64,000 bases of DNA from positions 202,430,001 through 202,494,000 of the forward strand of contig NC_042998.1 in NCBI RefSeq assembly GCF_006345805.1, given 5' to 3'. Positions 26,251-39,369 of the stretch are shown in pieces. Made by a program: the position numbers and the translations under genes. The stretch is from Octopus sinensis (taxonomy: Eukaryota). The first letter of the stretch is position 1, and each line of letters starts with the position of its first letter. Under the pieces are notes generated by a model, which worked only from the letters and a program-made list of their open reading frames with translations, ran no database searches and was not told where the DNA came from.

Positions 26251-26666
26251 GCGTAGGAGTGGCTGTGTGGTAAGTAGCTTGCTAACTAACCACATGGTTC
26301 CGGGTTCAGTCCCACTGCGTGGCATCTTGGGCAAGTGTCTTCTGCTACAGCCCCGGGCCGACCAATGCCTATTGAGTGGATTTTGTAGACGGAAACTGAA
26401 AGAAGCCTGTCGTATATATGTATATATATATATGTATGTGTATGTGTTTGTGTGTCTGTGTTTGTCCCCCTTGCATTGCTTGACAACCGATGCTGGTGTG
26501 TTTATGTCCCCGTCACTTAGCGGTTCGGCAAAAGAGACCGATAGAATAAGTACTGGGCTTACAAAGAATAAGTCTCGGGGTCGATTTGCTCGACTAAAGG
26601 TGGTGCTCCAGCATGGCCGCAGTCAATTGACTGAAATAAGTAAAAGAGTAAATAGAGTAAAGAGTA
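26251..26666 (+). mobile_element. tRNA-derived SINE family 1, full length
   Basis: A-box-like TGGCTGTGTGG, B-box-like GGTTCAGTCCC, central (TA)/(TG) tract, 3' (TAAAAGAG)n tail. Confidence 0.92.
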
Positions 26667-26690
26667 CGCGCACACACACGCACACATATA

Positions 26691-26880
26691 TTCTTTTATT
26701 CTTTTATTTGTTTCAGACATTTGACTTCGGCCATGCTGGAGCACCGCCTGTAGTCGAGCAAATCGACTCGTTCTTTGTACTTACTCTATCAGTACATTTT
26801 GCCGAACCGCTAAGGACGGAAACACACCAACATCGGGAACAAACACAGACACACAAACATATACACGTAAACACACACAG

Positions 26881-26917
<37 letters not shown>

Positions 26918-27600
26918 CTCTTTAATCTTTTAATTATTTCAGTCATTTGACTGCGGCCATGCTGGAGCACCGCCTTTAGTCGAGCAAATCGACTCCAGGA
27001 CTTATTCTTTCTCAGCCCAGTACTTATTCTATCGGTCTCTTTTGCTGAACCGCTAAGTTACGTGGACGTAAACACACCAGCATCGGTTGTCAAGCAATGT
27101 TGGGCGGGGGACAAACACAGACACAGAAAAATAAACACTCACATACATATATATACATATATACGACGGGCTTCTTTCAGTTTCCGTCTACCAAATCCAC
27201 TCACAAGGCTTTGGTCGGCCCGAGGCTATAGTAGAAGACACTTGCCCAAAGTGTCACGCAGTGGGACTGAACCCGGAACCATGTGGTTGGTAAGCAAGCT
27301 ACTTACCACACAGCCACCCATATTGTTTTATTCTTTTGTTTGTTTCAGTCATTCCTTGCAAGCCTAGTATTTATTATATCTTTCCCTTTTGCCGAACCGT
27401 CAAGTTACGGACACGTAAAAACACCATCATCGGTTGTCAAGCGATGGTAGCGGGGAGAAACACACACACAAACACGTCTACCAAATCCACTCAAAGGCTT
27501 TCGTCGTAGAAGATACTTGCCCAAGTTGGCACGCAGTGGAACTGAACACGGTACCGTGCAGTTGGGAGGCAAGCTTCTTACCACACAACCACGCCTGTAT
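26691..27600 (-). mobile_element. SINE family 1 cluster: partial 26691-26900, full 26918-27318, deleted 27324-27600
   Basis: Repeated ttcagtcatttgactgcggccatgctggagcaccgcc and gccgaaccgctaag motifs. Confidence 0.88.
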
Positions 27601-28116
27601 ACTTACAATCCGTAAATATATTTACTGACAAATAATAATGTCGTCCAATGTTTTTTCGGGTGAGATGTATTTTTTTTTTAACATCTTAGTTGGACAGTGT
27701 GTACGATATTAATAGAATGAAATGTAGAAATATTGTGAGGATACTTATAATTTGAAAGGTACTAGGGTGGAAGAATTCATGAAGGAATATATGTTTTGAT
27801 AATAGAAAATGTACAATTTATTAGTTTCCATTGCCGAGGGCAAGGGAATTGCGTAATAGGAAATTCTTTCAAATATTGTATTCGTGTAAATAATAGGAGT
27901 AAAGTTAATAAATGACATGTCTCTCTTACGCTCTCTTCTCTTTGACTCATTCTCTCTCTTCCTCTCTTTCTCTCTCCTTCTAACTCATTCAATTTATAAT
28001 GTGTGTGTCTGAGTGTGTGAGTGCTTACATGTGTGTGTACACATATATATTACATTATATATCGTACATATACATTACACAAACACACACAATTATATAT
28101 GCATATATATATATAT

Positions 28117-28242
<126 letters not shown>

Positions 28243-28282
28243 TATATATAGATATATTATATCATATCATATATCATATATC

Positions 28283-28313
<31 letters not shown>

Positions 28314-28607
28314 ATATATACATATATATATATTATATCATATATCATATGACGAATGCTAACTTAATTCCATTGCCTAACAATGCTTCACAACACATAT
28401 GTATATATATATACACGAAGTCGACGAAGGCGTGAAAGCCAAACCTTCGACGTTGCTCTCAACCTTCTACTTGAAAACATTTAAGTATGATGTACTCCAC
28501 TAAAAGGTATTAAGTAGTCCTTCGGTTTAATGTGAATTTGTTTTTTGTCGTTAAGATACACACGCACGTACGTACACACTAACACACACACATGAATATA
28601 TGTACAA

Positions 28608-28703
28608 ACGTGTTTCGCGGTCTGCTACCACAACAGCTCCCTTATGGGATCCGGTTAGCTCAAGACATCATCAGGAGGAAACACGTTCGGTTTTGGCCTC
28701 TAC
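28608..28703 (-). ncRNA. Decayed hammerhead-like motif with long stem II
   Basis: Minus: GTA-GAGG-cca-AAAC-cgaacgt-GTTT-CCTC-CTGATGA-t-GTCT-tga-GCTA...TCCC-ataa-GGGA...TAGC-AGAC-cgc-GAAAC-ACGT. Core intact; stem II/GAAA junction and stem III imperfect. Confidence 0.45.
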
Positions 28704-29790
28704 TCCACTACCGTTTTGACGTGGCGGGGTCCCCCCTTTCGGAGATGTCTTCAGCTCTGGTGTTGGATGCATGTCTTCTTTCTTCTACTTTCTTCTGTTC
28801 CCTGGCCTCTTAGATAGATGCAGCCAGACAGATAAGTAGGTATGTATATAGATCGAGAGAGAGAAACACAGACAGAGAGGACGTGTTCATTCAGCTATTC
28901 CAGATCCTGGAAAGACGGGCTTCGTTAAGGGCCTGAAAAACGTGACGTAGCACGGAAACGGAATCAAACTGTTTTAAATGATACATGACACTCCAGCTAA
29001 ATGTGTTAAGTGCCCTTTTCTTTCGTTTGTCTACTCACACACATACATACATGCATACATAACTACATATATGTATGTGTTTCTGAGTGTATGTGTGGGT
29101 GAGTGTGTGAGTGTACGTGTGTGTGTATATGTGTATGTATCTAAGGTGGAAAGAACGTCTTGTTGCAATTGAAGATAAGAAAGAAACAAATAACATTGTG
29201 GTCTTAATTTGTTATCTGTAATCACGATAATTCTCGTTATATAATGCAAGATATCTTAGCAAATTGTTGGATTATCGGGTAATTCATTCTTTAGGTTTCA
29301 AACTAAAGAAATACTAAGTAACATTTTTAACTTCTTCTCAATTAACAAACTGTTTTTCCTCTATATAATGATGCAAAGTTCTGAAGAGATGAGGAGAAAA
29401 CGAGGATGAGACAAAACCTCCATATTTAGTGAAATAATCATTTCTTGAGTGACTTGGTTTACATGTGTTCTTGCATTATGAGAACAATACGTCTTTAGGA
29501 CTTCAAAATAATGGATAATTTTCTGCAAATATTTGTACAAAGCTTATAATTGGTAACCATATTAAGCATTAACTGTTTCGTTGTTTTCACATTTCATGAG
29601 TGATGACATTCATATCCTACGAAACACAGATTATAACGTTAGTCAGCTATAGTACACATTTTGAAATGGATATTCCTTTTTTGGGTGCTAGCCATTGTCG
29701 CTTTTATTGGATATTGTTATAGAGAACCTTTCCATCGCTTGTGATCGTTCAACTCAGGAAAAGTTTAGCAAACGAACTCTTGAATTACAT

Positions 29791-29993
29791 AGGCGCAGGA
29801 GTGACTGTGTGGTAAGTAGCTTGCTAACCAACCACATGTTTCCTGGTTCAGTCCCACTGCGTGGCATCTTGGGCAAGTGTCTTCTGCTATAGCCCTGGGC
29901 CGACCAATGCCTTGTGAGTGGATTTGGTAGACGGAAACTGAAAGAAGCCTGTCGTATATATGTATATATATATATATGTGTGTGTGTGTGTAT
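29791..29993 (+). mobile_element. SINE family 1, 5' half
   Basis: aggcgcaggagtgactgtgtggtaagtagc...gaaagaagcctgtcg. Confidence 0.9.
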
Positions 29994-30537
29994 ACGTGAT
30001 CTGAAATGAACTGAGATACCCTCACGCAGTTTTAACCAAAGCAGTATCTAAATTAATACTAAGGTTCGTTACAACCCCAGAAGTAACGATTTGTCTTGAT
30101 ACATCTGACAGCTGAAGTAGACTGACATTGTTGACTAAAACATATAATCGTTTCGATCTTGATGGTTTGCGGTGTATTTTCTCGGGTCTTTAGCTGTGTG
30201 GTATCTGATTATTATAACCAAAGCAGTCGTTCATAACAAAGCGTGACCTGGTAGCGTGTACTGTGCTTCTTCAAATTACTACAGCTGCGTACGTTGTTGC
30301 AAGGAAATACTGAGTACCCGGTCCTCAAATACTTGGCGAAAGTGAAATGTGCACAAAACAAAAACAGTTGATAGTCCTTACAACTAAGTAGAATTGATCA
30401 ACATTTAAAAGAACATAAAACATCACCATAGTTTCTGTTTACATACTCGTATGTCTGTATAGAGATACAGATACTTATGCATGTATTCACAGATGCGTAC
30501 ACATACACGCACTCACAGAAACACAAGCGCACACACA

Positions 30538-30576
<39 letters not shown>

Positions 30577-30600
30577 ATAATAATAATAATATTAATAATA

Positions 30601-30644
<44 letters not shown>

Positions 30645-30645
30645 A

Positions 30646-30680
<35 letters not shown>

Positions 30681-30859
30681 AATAATAATAACAATAATAA
30701 TAATAATAATAATAATAATAGGGAGCATAACTCCAAACTTACAGGGAAAAATTCAATTTAGTATTAAATCAAATTTCACAATATAAATATATAAGTATAA
30801 ATTAGAGGAAACCCACTATTGTGCAATTCAAACAATGATAGACATAAACCAAATCATAC

Positions 30860-31242
30860 AAGCTACAGTAACATCCACCCTTAGTGGTTAGCCACATTTA
30901 AGTGGAAAATATACTTCACATTGCCGTGCAGCTACTCTTTATACCTCGTTCAGAGATTTATTATTGCTTGTTTACAATTTTTCAAGAACGGGGCCTTTTT
31001 GTCACTGGAAAAAGGATATATGTGTCTGCATTGGGACCCCTTCGCATCGAAGACTGGTGGTTGTCGTGCGCTGACGACGGGTAAATACCCAGAGACCCAG
31101 GTCCGTGCGTATCACGTCTGGTCGACGATGGGAAGGATGGCTTCCCTTTGTAAATACTGATAAGGTACAGAAGGTGTGTCAATAGCCAGCTGGAGAAGAT
31201 GCACTCCTGGGGCTATAAGCTACAGTAGCATCCACCCTTAGT
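30860..31242 (+). mobile_element. 357-bp unit with 26-bp terminal direct repeats containing a hammerhead motif (retrozyme-like)
   Basis: aagctacagta(a/g)catccacccttagt at 30860-30885 and 31217-31242; internal HHR at 31065-31109. Confidence 0.6.
31065..31109 (+). ncRNA. Type I hammerhead motif, slightly decayed
   Basis: CGTGCG-CTGACGA-C-GGGT-AAAT-ACCC-A-GAGAC-CCAG-GTC-CGTGCG. Stem I 6 bp (2 GU), GUC triplet; deviations are C.A at 10.1/11.1 and A14G. Confidence 0.6.
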
Positions 31243-31252
31243 ACTTTGAAAG

Positions 31253-31720
31253 GTGTGTAGTGTGTGATCGTTGCATTGACCATGACAGACAAAGGTGAGC
31301 AGAATATCTGCATCAAATTTTGTCAAAAACTCGGCGATACCTGCTCAAAGGCGTACGCAACGTTTTCAGTTTTCTTCGATCTCGACACAATCAAGCAGAT
31401 CTGGGGCAACTCAAACCCGAGTGCCTTTTTGGTCAAGCTTGGCAGAGACGCGTCTCATACCCAAATCTTCAGGGATAATGGACTGAACTGAATTGAAACT
31501 AATTTGCACATCCTCCGATATCTCACGAAGACTTCCCCTCAGAACTGTGGTTCTCAGTTTGGCTGGTTGCAAGTCAGAACGTTCGTCTCTATCGACATTT
31601 TTCCGGCCATCATGCTGTCATGATCAATGCGACGATCGCTCAGTATACACCTTCCTGCCAAGCACTGCTGTAAACAGTGAAATTGAGCTAGGACATCAAA
31701 CCTTAGGGCGCATGCATAGC
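31253..31720. mobile_element. Two Tc1/mariner transposase fragments in opposite orientation (+ 31253-31365; - 31366-31720)
   Basis: Plus: MTDKGEQNICIKFCQKLGDT. Minus: DGRKNVDRDERS...LREISEDVQISFNSVQSIIPEDLGMRRVSAK. Both share the 5' leader gtgta...gatcgt(t/c)gcattga(c/t)catgacag. Confidence 0.8.
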
Positions 31721-31829
31721 AGAGTTCAAAGTCTATCTTTCCCAAGTGGTTTCACTCTGCGTGGTTTAGCTTCGTTTCTTATTGATCGGACGTTGCACAC
31801 CCTCACACATACCTTTTTCTTCTGTGTCC

Positions 31830-31865
31830 CTTTCTGTAGAAGAGCGTAGGCTCGAAACGTAAAAG
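31830..31865 (+). ncRNA. Minimal (dimer-type) hammerhead-like motif, family A, core CUGUAGA (A6U)
   Basis: CTTT-CTGTAGA-A-GAGC-GTAG-GCTC-GAAAC-GTA-AAAG; downstream ~100 bp homologous to 3120-3210. Confidence 0.65.
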
Positions 31866-32015
31866 ACTTTTTGTATTCCTGAGCGTTATAATAATACATC
31901 TGTTTGTTTTGTACACCACCTGTCTTCGTTTTTTGTTTTTTTTCGTAAACTCTCCCTATATATATATGCATGTATATGTATGTGTGTATGTATATATGTG
32001 TGTATATGTACGTAT

Positions 32016-32138
<123 letters not shown>

Positions 32139-32363
32139 GCACACACTTTTATGTCTGAATTTTGTTACATTATATATGAAACAATTTAACATTTAATTGA
32201 ACAATTACTTAATACTTTTCAGTTGAGTTATGGATCTTCTGTGATAGTGACCTCCATATTTCGGGTCGCTATCCGTGTGCTTGTAAAATTATTACATTCA
32301 AGCAATCTACACGCACAGACACACACACACACACACAACACACACACACACAACACACACACA

Positions 32364-32394
<31 letters not shown>

Positions 32395-32395
32395 T

Positions 32396-32439
<44 letters not shown>

Positions 32440-32553
32440 CGAAATCTGCGATGAGGGATCAGTTTCTGACTGAAGAATGAAGGCTTTGAATGACCCGTTT
32501 GTCTTTTTGTTCGTCCCTTCGTGTATTTCACGTTATTTATTTATGTAAAGGTT

Positions 32554-32590
<37 letters not shown>

Positions 32591-32593
<3 letters not shown>

Positions 32594-33138
32594 TTACTTG
32601 TACTTGTGGCGACATTCACCTTGGGCGGATTGAGTCGGCTTCTTCCACCACCCTTGAGACATCTCGAACCATAGCAGCCCACGCACGACGGTCCTGCACC
32701 AGTTCACTAGAGATAGTGAGCCAATCACGGTTCCATCGGCGCAGACCGACCACCTGCTGTCCCGTGAGCACGGAAAGGTCCTCCTTGATCGTCGTAATCC
32801 AGGTCTTCAGCTGCCCGCCCACGCGTTTCCGCCAGTAGGGAAGTGGAGTTGGGAGAAGGACATTACGGCTCAGTTCACCCACCGTACGCCTACATGCATG
32901 GCTAAACCACTGCAAGCGCCGTTGCAGCAGGACAGATGGAAGAGGCCGCAGAGACAGGCGAAGTTGGAGATTGGTGGTGTGAACTCTAATCACCCGACGG
33001 CAGCGAAGAAGTTTCGTGGGAATATGTGGATTTTACAAGCGGTCCCCAACAATCCCGTATGTAGAGACATCCTGTTTGCCGCAGATTGTCCGCAGGCGCA
33101 GGGACTGAAGGATCGAGGAGCCGCCGGTTGCCGATAGA
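32591..33138 (-). pseudogene. 3' end of an RTE-clade LINE
   Basis: LQRRLQWFSHACRR...WRKRVGGQLKTWITTIKEDL...LVQDRRAWAAMVRDV; (CAAGTA)n tail. Confidence 0.85.
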
Positions 33139-33535
33139 GACACATATACCTCAGAGTAAATAATAATGAGTAAAGGATTATCAATCCGGGTAAAATACTT
33201 TTTATTCTCTCTGTTAGTACAAATATACCAGGGTAACAAAAATATTTCATATTATTGTATAACTACAGGTAATCGTAAGATCCGAATTTGAAGTCCATCA
33301 GCAGTCGATCTTGTAAATCCATCGTTGCGTTACCAAGTTAATACGGTAAGTTTTCGCGGAGTGGTATACAGGAAAATGCATAAATAAATGGCTTCACACA
33401 TTTATTTATTTGCGCAACGATGCACACTGACATGTGTAAAGCCTATTATTTATGTCCTTTCTTATTTACCTGTTTCTTTATCAATCACTTAATCCGTTTA
33501 TGTCTGTGTTTGTTTATATGTCTACGTATGTATGA

Positions 33536-33595
<60 letters not shown>

Positions 33596-33783
33596 GCATG
33601 CATGTATATACACATAGTATAATATTTAATATATATATATATATACATACATGTGTATGTATTAGAATTTTCTCTGAATTTTCAGATTTTTGTATGCTTG
33701 GCTACTGGTTTTATATTGATATTAATTAAATTAATATTCAAATTATCTCCCTCATTACTTAAATATATATATATATATATATA

Positions 33784-33835
<52 letters not shown>

Positions 33836-34453
33836 ATTATATTATTATATATCATATTATATTCTATTATATTGTATTATATTATTTATATTATATTATA
33901 TTATATTATATTATATTATATTATATTATATTATATATATTATATTATATCATATCATATTTTATTATATTATATCATATTATATTATATTATATTATAT
34001 TATATTATATTATATTATATTATATTATATATCGTAAATAATGTCGGTACAGTCAGTATAGAAGGGAGGAATTTTCAGTCCAAATAATGGTGTAACTTTC
34101 TGACCAGTGGTTGCACGTTAGCAAGTGTTGCAGTTGTGGAGAGAGAGAGAGCAATATGAATATACCAGCAGAATAACTAAATTTACCACGCTGTACCGTT
34201 GAATATGGTACAGTGACTACTTCAAATTTTCCTTCGATTCCATCTCCTGACCACCTTTCTCGTACGACTGGCTTCCTAAAACTTCTCCCTTAATTTGCCT
34301 GTTATCTTGCATCGCCGTCTAATGTTGCTGATTAATTCGGTTATGTATCTCTTAATCATCCGTTTATTCTTTATAGAGTCTTCGTTCTCTCTCTTCTGCT
34401 TTTCACAAGCTGCTATTACTTATTCCTTCCATATTACGTGTTTTATAACGCTA

Positions 34454-34829
34454 CTAGCAGTATCGCCCGCCGTTGCTCGGGTTTGTAAGGGAAATAACTA
34501 TATAAGCATTTTTAGAGAGTTATAGCCAAAAAATAGCAAAAAATGCATTAAGAATGAAAAAATGATGGTAATTTTTTTTTAAATCGTTGACTCATCGTAG
34601 ACATTTTTATATAATAGCGAAAAATGCATTAAGATGGGAAAAAAATGATGGTAGTTTTTTTAAAAAATCGTAGACTCATCGTAGACGCGCGCTAATACCC
34701 AGAAGGGCTCGATGTGAATCACGACTATAAGATACCCGGTTTTGGTTAAACTGCACCGCAAAATGTGGGAGTAGTTACGAATCTAAATCGTTGGAGACAG
34801 ACACACAATTTGACTTTTATATATAAAGA
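34454..34829 (-). mobile_element. Complete non-autonomous Helitron (376 bp)
   Basis: Minus: A|TC...CCCGAGCAACGGCGGG hairpin...CTAG|T, inserted between A and T with no TSD; internal ~70-bp tandem duplication. Confidence 0.85.
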
Positions 34830-36611
34830 TATCTCCTGTTCCCAACAGTTGTTCAAGAGCTTTATCTTTCTTCTATGCAGCTCTTTTGCATTACCCGTGT
34901 TATTATTTTTTGTCTTTCTGATAGTGAAAAGCATGGTACGAAACCCCCACTTCGGCGGTACACTGCATGAATACTACTCTGGTTGCCCAAGCAAATTCTT
35001 CGTGTGTTGAATACCATTTCTTGACTAACCCTCTTCCCCACCCAAAAGTTTCAGATAGACCCTTAAAGATTGATATCAAACCTGATATTTTGACATCAAG
35101 TTGGGGATTTTTCAATAAATTTATTCACTCAAGTACAGAAAAAAAGCAGAAATGCAGCTGATATTGATGCTGTATGATTAGTAGTTTGGAAGCTCGTGAT
35201 ATTCAGTGGTATTCTCTGTCTATTTCAAGCTGAAGCAGAGAAACATGACTTTCTTCGTAGAGGTCCAAAAAGGAGATACAATCCAAGGAAACCAATCTTG
35301 CTCTATGACCATTGACCTCTAATTTACGAAACCAAAGAAAACATCATGTATTGATGATGTGTAAGCTTGTATGCTGTGGGAAAAGTATGAGAAGTTTCGA
35401 ATGTTCTTTTCTCCAAGTAAGGACAGATATTTTCTTTTTCAAAAGAGGTGTTTAGAAAGTACTGAAAATGCATAATAATAAGATAAAACCAACCAATGTG
35501 AGTGCTAATAGGCTGTAACTTGATCTGCCAGAATTATCCTCCAAATCTTCTTAAAATAAAATCTAACCGTCTTAAAGAATGAAGTACACTTTGAATAATG
35601 CAAATCTGTATAACCTTAAATGAATGGGCTGGAAATGCTTTTGCTTTATAGACTTGCTTAGCAACACCAATGGCCTAATGTTTAGTCCAGATAAACGGAT
35701 TATAAACGAGCGGATCAAAAGGTAGATATTTCTGTAAATCGGTACCTTGCTATATCTCTAAATGCATTTAAATAATTTGCACTTGAAAAAACTGAAAATC
35801 ACGGTGATCGGTACGAATACAATGTATCATAACGCAACAAGTGAATAGATCTCCTCGAGTGACCTCAACACCATCACTGATTTTTCACATACGTCAAAAA
35901 AAAAGATATCTTTGAGGTAAACTCTTGTGTGTTAGACTTAACACGTGACCTTTTCCCCCGTCATCGCTTTGTCTGCAGGCACTATTGGCGAAGTTCATTA
36001 TGTTGCAAGAATATAGGTCAGAATATGTGCAGCCGTTCACGACACTATTTTATCTGCGTATTCAGGCCGGAATCAGTCACAATAAATTCAAAGACTTCCT
36101 GCAGTGATAATATAAAATCTCCAGCTATCATCACTAATAAATAAGAAGCAAAATCTGTCTACTTGAACAGTGCTGGAGATAGTTACAGGATACGAAAATC
36201 AAGGTCGACAACGCTCTTCAGCAAGACAATTTCAATGGTCCAGGTAGAAGTGTCACTAGCTAAGGTCAATGAACTTAAGTTCTCGGCATTCGACGGTTTT
36301 TAATAAAGAACACGCTGTGTCTGTTTTCTATTCAAGTGGTTCTCTTATTTTAGACCTTACTTTTATATTGATATCTAGTTTATATTGATTCAATACAGCA
36401 TCGTCACACTCAAATATATGAAATATCCACTTGAGATTTACAACCACACTGATCTTATTACACGCACAAACACATACAAGCACATCCCTACATGTATATA
36501 TGGGTGTATAAGTATATATATATAATATATATATACATATATATATATATATAATACTATAATATATATATATATTATATAGATATATATATATATATGT
36601 TATATATATAC

Positions 36612-36642
<31 letters not shown>

Positions 36643-36788
36643 TATATATATTTTATATATGTATATATATATATGCATATATATATGCATTATACATATA
36701 CATATACAGAAAATCTTTACGCACGTGTGCAAGCACATATTTAGGAATATATATATATGGGTGCGAGGTTATGTCTATAATTATATGT

Positions 36789-36822
<34 letters not shown>

Positions 36823-36829
36823 CAAATAT

Positions 36830-36889
<60 letters not shown>

Positions 36890-37207
36890 GGGCGTATGTG
36901 TGTGTGTGTGTATTTCTTGCCCATACTGCTTCCAGTTATCATCGGAAAATATAGATTAAAGTTGGTATTTTTGGAAACAATTCACATGCATTGATCAAGT
37001 GTGCTGAATATAATAAAGAATATAATATTTTACAAGAATATTAATATGACGTTCCCTGAAAATATATCTCATTCTTTTAGTGATTTTTCTCTAGTACATT
37101 ATCTATGGGACTTACTGTGTACTAGACATGCCTATGTATACACATATATATCTACACACACACACACAAATATATATACATATATATGAATACATATTTA
37201 TATATAG

Positions 37208-37281
<74 letters not shown>

Positions 37282-37389
37282 TACATATATATTATATACA
37301 TATATATATATATATATACATAGATATATATACTAAATATATAGAAATATATATAATATTTATATATATATATATATATATCTATATAT

Positions 37390-37430
<41 letters not shown>

Positions 37431-37795
37431 ATATATATATATATGTAGGGTATATATATATATGTAGTATAATATCGAGTTTCCATGGTCTCTCCTGATA
37501 GTAACCAAAATCCTCTGCAGGGTGCATTCTTCCCTTTTTCACATTAAGTACTGTTTTTCAGATTTCCTAAACAATTTCAGGTCATGGATAAACATAAGAT
37601 GGTTCAATGATTGGCCTTTCTTTCTACATCGGTAACCCATCTTTAACTTTCCTATGTTTCATTATTATGGGTATTAGTGCAATTACAAAAAGTAACAGAG
37701 AAAAGGAGTCACCTTGGAAGATTTCACTTTTGATATTAACTTCTCCAGGGAATACATTACATGAGTACAATTTGGTTTTCCACTCTTTCATCCTA

Positions 37796-38213
37796 TACTC
37801 TTTACTCTTTTACTCTTTTACTTGTTTCAGTCATTTGACTGCGGTCATGCAGGAGCACCGCCTTTAATCGAGCAAATCGACCCCGGGACTTATTCTTTTG
37901 TAAGCCCAGTACTTATTCTATCGGTCTCTTTTGCCGAACCGCTAAGTAACGGGGACATAAACACACCAGCGTCGGTTGTCAAGCAATGCTAGGGGGACAA
38001 GCACATACACACAAACACACACACGCATATATATATATATATATATATACGACGGGCTTCTTTCAGTTTCCGTCTACCAAATCCACTCACAAGGCTTTGG
38101 TCGTCCCGAGACTATAGTAGAAGACAGCTGCCCAAGGTGCCACGCAGTGAGACTGAACCCGGAACCATGTGGTTGGTAAACAAGCTACTTACCATACAGC
38201 CACTCCTGCGCCT
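37796..38213 (-). mobile_element. SINE family 1, full length
   Basis: Colinear reverse complement of 54294-54702. Confidence 0.92.
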
Positions 38214-38289
38214 ATGCATCAGAAAATTTATGATGTTGTCATTAACGCCAAACATCTGCAGTCATTCAACGATCCAAGAATGAGGCAGT

Positions 38290-39290
38290 CAATCTAAGCC
38301 ATAGACATGGTTATATGATGTTGTTTTACAATGCCATAAAAACAGGTGATCCTGGCTACTCTGAGAACTCTACCTACATCTTTTTGTTCCCATGGTAACA
38401 TTTCTTCCTGTGCCAGGAAATTATGTCTTTGCTGACATATTCCAGTGTGTATTTTCAAGATTACGTTTAGGCATGCGATGGAACGGTAGTTTCCAACAAT
38501 ATTGCCCTTTATTCTATCTTTTATTATAAGTGCTGTCCTCCCAGTCACAATCCATACGGGGACTGCACCGCTGTGGACACGCTCATTTAATTGGGCTGCT
38601 AGTGTTTCATGCACCGCGTGGCATCTCTTCAGCCAAAACCCATGAATCCCATCTGGTTCGGCGGCTTCCCAGGTAGGCACTTTACCCACTTGGTCTTTCA
38701 TGTCACCCGTGCTTATGACAATACTCTTTTGTTTCTTTCCGCCTTGTAATTGTCTTGAGAGTCCCTATCCCCATTGCATCCCTTTTATGCACCACATTGT
38801 TTCCCCATAATCCGCTCCAGAACTCCTTGGCTTGATTTGCATCAGGAACAACATTTTCCCCATTGTCTCCTTCTAATATTCGGAAAAATTGCTACGGATT
38901 ATTTTTGAGCAATCTGTTCTCCTCAAACTGCTTATCACTGTTCACAAATCTTCTGATCTTCTGACTTTTTGCCATAATCCTCTGTTTTAACTGCTCTATT
39001 ACTGCATCAAATCCATTCTCCTCTAATTTTTCTCGGTCGGTCTTTTTCCAATTTTTCCTGTTTCCTCTTAACCATTGCTCAATTTTCCTAGATGTTGCCT
39101 TGCTCGCATTATGTCCCTTTCAATGCGTCGTTTCCACCATAGTTCTTTTGCTGCACCATTTCGTTTTCTGAAGTTGTAATTTCTCCTTAGCTAGCAGTGC
39201 AAAAGATCGGAGACGATTCCTTGTTCGTGTCATGTCCTCCGTCTGGATGTATGGTGTGACACTATTATCTATTGTGTTATTTATTTATCA
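38290..39290 (-). pseudogene. R4/Dong-clade LINE fragment (pre-RT region and RT domains 0-1)
   Basis: AKELWWKRRIE...GFDAVIEQLKQRIMAKSQKIRRF...KEFWSGLW...WEAAEPDGIHGFWLKR...GRTALIIKD..KG...NYRSIACL. Confidence 0.85.
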
Positions 39291-39369
39291 AACTTCTATC
39301 TACCCTTCTCATTTACATTCTCTGTAGCTCAACAGACTTATCTCGCTGAACTCTTTTTCCGTTCCAGAA

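Noticed and set aside
28415-28450. GAAG-TCGACGA-A-GGC-gtgaaa-GCC-AAAC-CTTC hammerhead-like string
   Set aside because: Core 5' bases wrong, G12 missing, no NUH; an alternative simple hairpin explains it equally well
28933-28965. CTGAAAAA-CGTG-acgtag-CACG-GAAAC
   Set aside because: G8 absent and no stem I, stem III or NUH partner; at best a relic
35979-36110. Strong acceptor followed by ALLAKFIMLQEY...KDFLQ* as a possible terminal exon
   Set aside because: No recognisable homology or linked exons; such sites are expected by chance in 64 kb
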